A DNA stretch of 64,000 nt from positions 18,059 to 82,058 of the forward strand of contig DATISF010000069.1 in the NCBI GenBank assembly GCA_035468985.1. The letters run 5' to 3'. How positions within the stretch are numbered: the stretch's first letter is position 1; every line of letters starts with the position of its first letter. Under the pieces are notes generated by a model. That model did no database searches. It was not told the DNA's origin and was given only the letters and a program-made list of their open reading frames with translations. Positions 44,942-53,100 of this stretch are shown here, one piece after another. This DNA is from Thermoanaerobaculia bacterium. Its GTDB lineage: Bacteria; Acidobacteriota; Thermoanaerobaculia; Gp7-AA8. The translations under genes and the position numbers were made by a program.

Positions 44942-45991
44942 TCAGCCGGTCTTGCCGTAGGCGTGCAGTTCCGCGTCCGCCCGGCACGGTTCGAGCGAAT
45001 TCAGTGAACCGCGCCTCTCGAGCGTGACCTCGAAAAACGTGCCGATCGAGCAGCGCATGATGTCCATCGGCCGCATGGACGCGGATCGATCCGCGGCGTC
45101 CCTCGCAAACACGTAGTCATAGTCCATCACCGATCCATGTTTTGCTCCCGGGATGGCCAGGACTTCCACGGGCGCCTTCGTCCTCTGCAGGAGCTCGTCG
45201 GGCGGCGGCCCGGCGCGCGCAAGGCGGATCCACATGCGCCGCCTGACTCAACCGGCGAAGATGTTCCGCATCCTTCTCATTGCCGTCGATGTTCACGACG
45301 GCGTCGATTGCCGGATCGGCGATCGCCGCCTCGCGGATCGCGCCGTATCCGCTGGAATGCCCGATCAAGCCGATCCGGGAAGCGCCGACGACATCGCGAT
45401 AGAGCATCCGGATGGCACCGATCGCGAACACAATGTCCGCGCCGTAATCGCGGGCCGCGGCAAGGCCGGATTCGAACTGCCTGTCCTCCGACGGTGTGAC
45501 ACCGTCGCCCAACGCAATGTGGCTCATGTAGGCGTGATCCACCCCGCAGACCAAGAAGCCGCGGCTGGCAAGATCCTCGGCCAGGATCGTGGAGTCGGAC
45601 CGCGACGCCTGCCATCCGTGCGAGATCAGGATCAGAGGAAAGCGTTTGCCGCCGGCGGAGCGTTGAGGATGGCGTTTGTCTCGACCGCGGCGTAACCGGC
45701 AGCCTTCTCTTCGTTCATCACTCCGCCAGCCGGGTCGGGCATGGGCCGCTGCGCGGTGTAGGCGGCAAGCCGCAGAATGCAGGGAGCCGCCGGGCCGCGA
45801 CGCGCGCTCAATGGATACCAGACCTGTACAACGACGTGCCGCCGGATGCGCGGATCGCTGACGGCCGTCTCGCGCCGTGACTCATCGACCAGGTCGATCG
45901 TGCTCGTTCCGATTCGATACGGGCCTGCCGGTTTCGGCAGACGAACCGGTGAGCCGGCGTGGAGTTGCGCGGCAACAGCAAGAACGCGCAA
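44942..45991 (-). pseudogene. Alpha/beta hydrolase of the PAF-acetylhydrolase-like family, split by two frameshifts
   Basis: Three minus-strand ORF pieces in three frames (45632-45991, 45117-45554, 44942-45235) together give ...GGKRFPLILISHGWQASRSDSTILAEDLASRGFLVCGVDHAYMSH..IGLIGHSSGYGA (GxSxG)...AIPGAKHGSVMDYDYV. Frame changes occur at G/C runs near 45640 and near 45230. Confidence 0.6.
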
Positions 45992-46062
45992 GAAAGTCTC
46001 TCCTCACCATGTCATCCACAGACGTGCGTGGCGCGGAAACGTTAGATACTGGTGATGGCGCG

Positions 46063-46965
46063 ATGACCGACCAACTCTGGCCTCCCCTTCCCTATGACGC
46101 GTGGAAAGACACGTACGCGACACTTCACATGTGGTCGCAGATCGTCGGGAAAGTTGCGCTGGCGCTCGCGCCGCCCATCAATCACAGCTGGGGGATCGCC
46201 CTTCACATCACTCCACGCGGTCTGACCACGCGGCCGCTGACTCATGGACGGCGGTCGTTCACGATCGAATTCGATTTCGTAAGCCACGAGCTCGTCATCC
46301 AGCCGAATGACGGCGACCGCCGCACGCTGAAGCTCGAGCCGCGCTCCGTCGCCGATTTCTATCGCCATGTGATGGCGGCCCTGCGCGCGATGTCGCTCGC
46401 CGTCAAGATCTGGCCCGTTCCCGTCGAGATCCCTGATCCGATCCCGTTCGAGAAGGACACCCGGCATCATTCGTACGATCCCGAATTCGCGAGCCGCTTC
46501 TGGCGGATCGTCGTGCAGATCGAGCGCGTGCTGACGGGCACGCGCTGCTCGTTCGTGGGGAAATGCAGTCCGGTGCACTTCTTCTGGGGCAGCTTCGACC
46601 TTGCGGTCACGCGATTCTCCGGACGGACCGCGCCGCCGCGCGAAGGTCCCGCATTCATGCGCGAGGCCTATTCGCACGAGGTGATCAGCCACGGTTTCTG
46701 GCCCGGCAGCGGCCCCGTCCTCGAGCCGGCGTTCTACGCGTATGCCGTCCCGGAGCCCGCCGGACTGAAGGAGACGCGCATCGAACCGCCGGCCGCCTAC
46801 TACCATCGCCAGCTCGGCGAGTTCATCCTCCCCTATGAAGCCGTGCGCACCGCGCCGGATCCTGATCGGATGATCGCGTCGTTCGTCGACAGCACCTACG
46901 ACCGCGCCGCGACGCTCGCGAAGTGGGACCGCGCGGCGCTGGAGCGGCCCCGCGCCCGCCCGTGA
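46063..46965 (+). CDS. Conserved hypothetical protein (DUF5996-like, tentative)
   Basis: 300 aa starting MTDQLWPPLPYDAWKDTYATLHMWSQIVGKV. Family name recalled from memory, not verified. Confidence 0.55.
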   Translation: MTDQLWPPLPYDAWKDTYATLHMWSQIVGKVALALAPPINHSWGIALHITPRGLTTRPLTHGRRSFTIEFDFVSHELVIQPNDGDRRTLKLEPRSVADFYRHVMAALRAMSLAVKIWPVPVEIPDPIPFEKDTRHHSYDPEFASRFWRIVVQIERVLTGTRCSFVGKCSPVHFFWGSFDLAVTRFSGRTAPPREGPAFMREAYSHEVISHGFWPGSGPVLEPAFYAYAVPEPAGLKETRIEPPAAYYHRQLGEFILPYEAVRTAPDPDRMIASFVDSTYDRAATLAKWDRAALERPRARP

Positions 46966-46989
46966 GGCCGCCTTCCGTCGCACGCTCGT

Positions 46990-47547
46990 TCAGGCGAGCA
47001 CTGGAACTGCCTTCGCGGCCTGGACCTGAATCTCGATCCGGATGTCGTTGCCGACGAGAATTCCGCCCGTCTCCAGCGCCTGGTTCCAGGTGAGACCCCA
47101 GTCGCGCCGGTCAATTTTCGCGGTCGCTTCCGCTCCACCCTTGAAATTGCCCCACGGGTCCTTGCCGGAGCCGAGGTAGACGCTGTCGAGGGTGACCTCG
47201 ATCGATTTGCCGCGGATGGTGAGGTCGCCGGCGATTTTGAACGCGTCGCCCTCTTTCTTCATCGCCCCTTCCACGCGCTTGCTGCGGAAGGTGATCGTCG
47301 GGAACTTCTCGACATCGAGGAAGTCGGCCGAACGGAGGTGTGCGTCACGGTCGGCGACGCCGGTGTCGATGCTCGCCGTTGCGATGTCCACATTCACCGT
47401 GGAGCGGGCCGGGTTCTGCTCGTCGACTTCGATCGTGCCTTTCACGTCCTTGAAGCGGCCGCGAACCGTCGTGAACATCATGTGTTTGACCGCGAACTCG
47501 ACTGCCGAGTGCGCCGGGTCGATTTGCCATGTGGTGGTGTTTGCCAT
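46990..47547 (-). CDS. YceI-family periplasmic/polyisoprenoid-binding protein
   Basis: WQIDPAHSAVEFAVKHMMFTTVRGRFKDVKG... is the canonical YceI pattern. GGAGAA RBS before the ATG at 47545-47547. Confidence 0.85.
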   Translation of the reverse strand: MANTTTWQIDPAHSAVEFAVKHMMFTTVRGRFKDVKGTIEVDEQNPARSTVNVDIATASIDTGVADRDAHLRSADFLDVEKFPTITFRSKRVEGAMKKEGDAFKIAGDLTIRGKSIEVTLDSVYLGSGKDPWGNFKGGAEATAKIDRRDWGLTWNQALETGGILVGNDIRIEIQVQAAKAVPVLA

Positions 47548-47660
47548 GTCTTTTTCTCCTTGATCTGTCATCCCCAACCTATCGTTGACCAGAATATATT
47601 CCTCACAACGACTAACGTCAAGAGGAGTATTATGGCCACTCACTCTGTTGCGGGGAGTGA

Positions 47661-48134
47661 ATGGACATGGCCGGCAAACTGAAGCGCGAGATCAAACAGA
47701 CGAAGCCGTTCTCCAGCCTGCAGGAGGAGGTCGTCCTCTCCATGCTCCGCACCGCCGATCAACTCGCCGTGCCGATGACGGACGTTCTGCGCGAGGCCAA
47801 CCTCAGCCTTTCGCAGTACAACGTCCTGCGGATCCTGCGCGGAGCCGGCGGCGAGGGCCTCCCCTGCGGCGAGATCTCCGACCGGATGGTTCGCCGCGAT
47901 CCCGATCTCACCCGCCTGCTCGACCGGCTCGAAACGCGTGGCCTGGTGTCGCGTTCCCGAGGCACGACGGACCGCCGTGTCGTCCGTGCGACGATCACCG
48001 GCGAGGGATTGGGCCTGCTCGAGTCCCTCGACGAACGGGTCGGCGCGACGATCAGAAAGACGCTGTCGCACATGCCCAAGGATCGCCTGAACGCGCTCTG
48101 CGAGCTGCTCGAAGAAGCGCGCGATCGGCTCTGA
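47661..48134 (+). CDS. MarR-family transcriptional regulator
   Basis: Winged-helix MarR pattern (LSLSQYNVLRILRGAGGEGLPCGEISDRMV...DRRVVRATITGEG). Divergent from the YceI gene. Confidence 0.85.
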   Translation: MDMAGKLKREIKQTKPFSSLQEEVVLSMLRTADQLAVPMTDVLREANLSLSQYNVLRILRGAGGEGLPCGEISDRMVRRDPDLTRLLDRLETRGLVSRSRGTTDRRVVRATITGEGLGLLESLDERVGATIRKTLSHMPKDRLNALCELLEEARDRL

Positions 48135-48148
48135 GAACTACGCCGGAA

Positions 48149-48760
48149 CTACTTCCACTTCTTGTCGTGACAGCCGTAGCACGACGGCCCGACTTTCCCG
48201 CGCAGGTCTTTGCCGTGACACACCACGCATTTCTGCGTCGGGTTGTCGGCTCCCGGCGCGTGCGGGATGCCCTTGTAGACAACGGTGTGCGTCTTCGGCG
48301 CTTTCCCTGAGGACTTCGCGGTCGATGTCGCCGCCGTTGTCGATGTCGCCGGCTTTGTCTCCGGCGCCGTCGTCTGCGTCGCGGGTGCCGGCGGCGCGGT
48401 GGTCTGTGTCACCGGCGCTTTCGTCGCGGTCGTCTCGGTCGGAGCCGCGGGCGCGGGCGCAGGCGTCTTTGCGGGCTTCGCTGCTTCGGGTGGAGCCTCT
48501 TTCTTGGCCGGCGCTTTCGCCGCGGGCTTCGCGGTGGGCGCGGTACTCGTCGCACCCATTGCTGTCGTCGTGGCCATCGTCGTCGTGGCGGTCGTGGCCA
48601 TGGTGTCCGTGGCCGGTGCCTGCGTGACGGTCTGCGTCACGGTCGTCGACGTCGTCGCCGTGGTCTCGGTCTGCGTCGTTCGATTCTCCTGTTGGCATCC
48701 GAGCAGAACCAGAACAAGAAACGCGGGAACAGAAAGTTTGCGGTTCATATGCACCCTCAT
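48149..48760 (-). CDS. Lipoprotein with Thr/Ala/Pro-rich linker and C-terminal double CXXCH (c-type cytochrome-like) motif
   Basis: Lipobox LVLVLLGC; about 130 aa of low-complexity T/A/P-rich sequence; C-terminus CVVCHGKDLRGKVGPSCYGCHDKKW. Confidence 0.65.
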   Translation of the reverse strand: MRVHMNRKLSVPAFLVLVLLGCQQENRTTQTETTATTSTTVTQTVTQAPATDTMATTATTTMATTTAMGATSTAPTAKPAAKAPAKKEAPPEAAKPAKTPAPAPAAPTETTATKAPVTQTTAPPAPATQTTAPETKPATSTTAATSTAKSSGKAPKTHTVVYKGIPHAPGADNPTQKCVVCHGKDLRGKVGPSCYGCHDKKWK

Positions 48761-48784
48761 AACGCAGGTATAGTCCCGGGTACG

Positions 48785-49231
48785 ATGCCGCGTTCCGCAC
48801 CGTTCCAGCGCATTCTAGTCCCGATGGATTTCTCGGCTTCGGCTCGTGCGGCGACGGTCGTGGCCGGGAATCTGGCGAGACAACTTGATGCCGCGATCCG
48901 TTTCGTGACCGTCCTCGATGTCAGTGACCTCCGCGTTGCATTGAAAGCACGCCTGGATCGCTTCGCCACCACCGCCGATCTGCACCGCGAGGTCGAGGAA
49001 TGGGTCGAGAAACAGTACGCGTCCCTGACCGTGCCTGACGGCGTGACGTCGACGCGCACGATCCGCCGTGGGTTCGCCGACCAGGAGATCCTCGCCGAGA
49101 TCGCGAAATACCGGCCGCAGCTCGTCGTCATGGGCTCGAGCGGTCTGGCGCGCCGGCTGCCGATCGGCAGCAAAACGGCCGAGGTGCTTCGCCGCAGCAG
49201 CGTACCGGTGGTCGTCTGCAGCAAGGCGTGA
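48785..49231 (+). CDS. Universal stress protein (UspA family)
   Basis: ILVPMDFSASA..., and C-terminal VVMGSSGLARRLPIGSKTAEVLRRSSVPVVV is the typical Usp ATP-binding motif. Confidence 0.8.
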   Translation: MPRSAPFQRILVPMDFSASARAATVVAGNLARQLDAAIRFVTVLDVSDLRVALKARLDRFATTADLHREVEEWVEKQYASLTVPDGVTSTRTIRRGFADQEILAEIAKYRPQLVVMGSSGLARRLPIGSKTAEVLRRSSVPVVVCSKA

Positions 49232-49269
49232 GTCGCTGATCGGCGCGCGAAAGCGGTACGATTTCCGGA

Positions 49270-49605
49270 ATGGCGGACGAACGGAACCAGAAGGATTCCA
49301 CTTCATCGATCGTCATGAAGGCGATCGACGCAACCACGTTCAGCGAGCTGCAGGCCTTCACGAAGGATCTGGAGAGCCGTCCGACCGAGCGGCTGCTGCA
49401 CGACATGGCCGATCTCGTGAAACCATCCGACTCCAAGGCGCAGATCGTCTCGTTCGTGATCGCGACGAAATTTCGTCACGCCGATGCCGATGAGCGCGAG
49501 AAGATTCTCGCCAGTCTGCAAACGACGGTCGAGGGCCTGCCGGAGGGCGAGCCACGCGACCGCGTCAACGCCGTCATCGAGCGGCTGCGCACCCGGGAGA
49601 GCTGA
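49270..49605 (+). CDS. Hypothetical protein
   Basis: 111-aa ORF with balanced composition, between usp and the GNAT gene. No recognisable domain. Confidence 0.45.
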   Translation: MADERNQKDSTSSIVMKAIDATTFSELQAFTKDLESRPTERLLHDMADLVKPSDSKAQIVSFVIATKFRHADADEREKILASLQTTVEGLPEGEPRDRVNAVIERLRTRES

Positions 49606-49614
49606 TCGACGCCG

Positions 49615-50097
49615 ATGCCGCTGACCGTTCGCAAGGCGGAACGTCGCGATCTCGACTCCCTCGGCCGCCTCGGCGCCATGCTGATGCGGACGCATTACGC
49701 GTTCGACAAGCAGCGCTTTCTGGCGCCCGGACAAGGATCGGAGAGCGGCTACGCCTCGTTCCTCGGCAGCGTTCTCGATTCTCCGGACGATTGCGTGTTC
49801 GTTGCCGAACAGGATGGCGCGATCGCCGGCTATGTCTACGCCGCGCTCGAGCCTTTATCGTGGAAGGAACTGCGCGGTCCGGCCGGATTCATCCATGACG
49901 TTGCCGTCGCCGAAGAGGCACGGAACTCGGGGATCGGGAAGAAGCTGATGCAGGTCGCGATCGACTGGCTGCGCGAGCGCGGCGCGCCGCGCGTCATCCT
50001 CTGGACCGCGGCGCCGAACGACACGGCGCGGTCGCTGTTCCGCCGCCTCGGCTTCCGCGAGACGATGCTCGAGATGACGATGGAGCTGCTCGAGTAG
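49615..50097 (+). CDS. GNAT-family N-acetyltransferase
   Basis: Acetyl-CoA binding motif A: VAVAEEARNSGIGKKLM. Confidence 0.85.
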   Translation: MPLTVRKAERRDLDSLGRLGAMLMRTHYAFDKQRFLAPGQGSESGYASFLGSVLDSPDDCVFVAEQDGAIAGYVYAALEPLSWKELRGPAGFIHDVAVAEEARNSGIGKKLMQVAIDWLRERGAPRVILWTAAPNDTARSLFRRLGFRETMLEMTMELLE

Positions 50098-50129
50098 CCG
50101 ATCGGCTACAATGCTCGAACACCCCACGC

Positions 50130-53100
50130 ATGAAAACTCGCGGAAGACGGCCCATCTTCTCGCCCACGGCTGCGCTCTCGCTGTTGAGCGTGTGCTTGGC
50201 GATCCCCCTGGCCGCGCAATCGATCTTCACCGTCGCCGGCGGCGGCTCGACGAACCAGCAGTCGGCGACCGCGGTCACCCTGCGCGATGTTCGCGGCATC
50301 GCGGTCGATTCGGCCGGCAACATCTACTTCTCGGAATCTGACGGTCACGTCGTCCAGCGCGTCGATCCGAAGACCGGCCTGATCAGCGTCTACGCAGGCA
50401 ACGGCGGCGGAACCTTCGGCGGCGACGGCGGACCCGCCGTTCGCGCCGCGCTCAAAGGACCTCGAGGCCTAGCCTTCGACGCGGACGACAACCTCTACAT
50501 CGCCGATCACGACAACAATCGGATTCGAAAAGTCGACAGGCAGACCGGCACCATCACGACGATCGCCGGAGTCGATACGCCTCCCGGCGGAGGAGACAAC
50601 GGACCTGCCAGGGACGCGTTCGTGTTCGGTCCGACCGGTGTGACGTGGCACGACGGCAGCCTCTACATCGTCCAGGACCCTTACAACGCGAATGTCGTCC
50701 GGAAGATCGATGCCAAAGGCATCATCAGCCTCGTTGCCGGCATTGGCCAGGAGGGATTCAGTGGCGACGGCGGTTTGGCAACGCAAGCTGCACTCGGATC
50801 GCCGGGCGGCGTCGCGATCGATGCCAACGGTAACATCTACATCGCCGACAGCTCGAACAATCGCGTGCGCCGGGTCGATGCCACGACCGGAAACATCGAA
50901 ACCGTCGTCGGCAACGGGCAAAACTCCGACGAAATCGGCGACGGCGGTCCCGGTACCAGCGCGACGCTCTTCTATCCGAGGGCGGTCGCGTTCGACGCGG
51001 CTGGAAAGCTGTACATCGCGGACACGTATCACAGCCGCGTGCGCAAGTACGATCCGGTCTCGAAGATCATCACGACAGTCGCCGGCAACGGCGATTACGG
51101 CGGCGGCGACGGCAACGTGGCGACGGAAGCCGGCCTTTACGCGACCATGGCCATCGCATTCGATCGTGCTGGAAACCTTTTCGTACAGGATGGCTCGAAC
51201 TCGAGCATTCGCCGAGTGGACGCCACGACGCAGATCATCACCACGATCGCCGGCGGCGGCACGTTCGTCGGCGACGGCCTGACCGCCACCAGCGCGATTT
51301 TGAGCGCGCCCCGAGGACTGGCCCTCGACAAGAGCGGCAATCTGTACATTGCCGACGCGGGTCACACGCTCGTTCGCAAAGTCGACGCGACGACGCACGT
51401 GATCTCCACATTTGCCGGCATCGTCAACACGTATTACGGCGACATCCAGGACGGGATGGACGCCACCGCCGCCGCTGTCGGAGGCGTCATGGACGTCGCC
51501 GTCAACGACGCCGGCGAGGTGTTCATCGCCAATCCGCACGGCAACAGCATCTTGAAGGTGGATACAGCCGGAAAGATCAGCAAGGTTGCCGGCGGCGGTT
51601 CACCGGCTGATGGAATCGGCGACGGAGGCCCGGCCACTGCCGCACAAATTTTCCCACGCGGAATCGGGCTCGACGCTGCGGGCAATCTGTACATCACCGA
51701 TACCGATGCATACGAAACCATTCCTCACCATCGGATCCGCAGAGTGGATGTTCAGACAAAAGTGATCACGACGATTGCCGGCGGGTCGACGCCCGGCTTC
51801 GCCGGCGACGGCGGAGATGCCAAATCGGCGCTGCTCGACAGTCCTGACCAGGCCATCGTCGACGCCACCGGCAACATCTTCATCGCCGACAGCGTAAACG
51901 GCGCGATCCGCCGCATCGATGCGAAGACGAACATCATCACGACCTACGCAGGCCGGGGAAATCCTGCGGACGGAATCGGAGACGGTCTGGTTGCGACGAG
52001 CGCAGACCTGTATCCGCTGCACATGGCGCTCGATCGCTCGACCGGCGATCTCTACGTCGCCGATATGGTTCATCAGCGGATCCGAAAGATCGACGCCAAG
52101 ACGCAGATCATCACGACGATCGCCGGCACCGGAGAGAACGGAGGGGACTTCGGCGGTGACAATGGACCCGCCCTCGCCGCGAAGCTGAATCTGAGCGACG
52201 AGCTCTCCGGGATCGTGGTCGATCGCGCGGGCAACGTGATTCTCGCGGACACCGTCAACCATCGCGTTCGCGAAGTGTTCGCGTGCACGAACGTCGCGGC
52301 ACCCGCTCTCAAGAGTCCCGCCAACGGAGCGACAAACGCGCCGACCGCGCCGGCATTGTCGTGGGACGCTCCGGCGGGAGCGTTCCGCTACGACGTCTTC
52401 CTGGACACGATTCCGAATCCGGCGCGGCTCGTCGCGTCCGACATCGACAAAACGAGTTTCACGCCGTCGAATCTCGCTCCGAACACCGTCTACTACTGGT
52501 CCGTGAAAGCGAAAGGCGACGCCTTCTGCCCGACTGTCTCCACTGCGACGTCGGCAACGCAGTCATTCACGACCGCAGCCGGCCGCTGCGCCGCGGGTCC
52601 GTTCGATCTCATCGCGCCCGCGGACGGCGCGACGAACGTCACCGGCGTCGTACTCTCGTGGCAGCCGTCAGCCGGCGCGGCTTCGTATGACGTCTACTTC
52701 GGCAACGTGAACCCGCCGCCGTTCCTCAGCAATGTCAACGCCACATCGCTCACGGTGTCTCCGCGCACCGGCACGAACTACTGGACCGTCATCGCTCACG
52801 CGTCCTGCGACGCCACGCAGACCGCATCGACGCCCGTTCGCTCGTTCACTCCCGCTTCGACGGGCACCTGCACCGGGAACGCCTCGGTCACGCTGGTCGC
52901 TCCTCCCGCGGGCGCAACGGGTGTCGCCAGCAGCGTCGATCTGGCCTGGCGCGCCGACACATGCTCCGGCGCACCGTTCGACGTCTACCTCGGCACGCAG
53001 AACGATCCGCCGCTGCTCGCGACGAACGTCTCATCGACGACGCAGCACATCGATTCGCTACTTCCCTCCACGACGTACTACTGGAAGGTCACCGGCAGCA

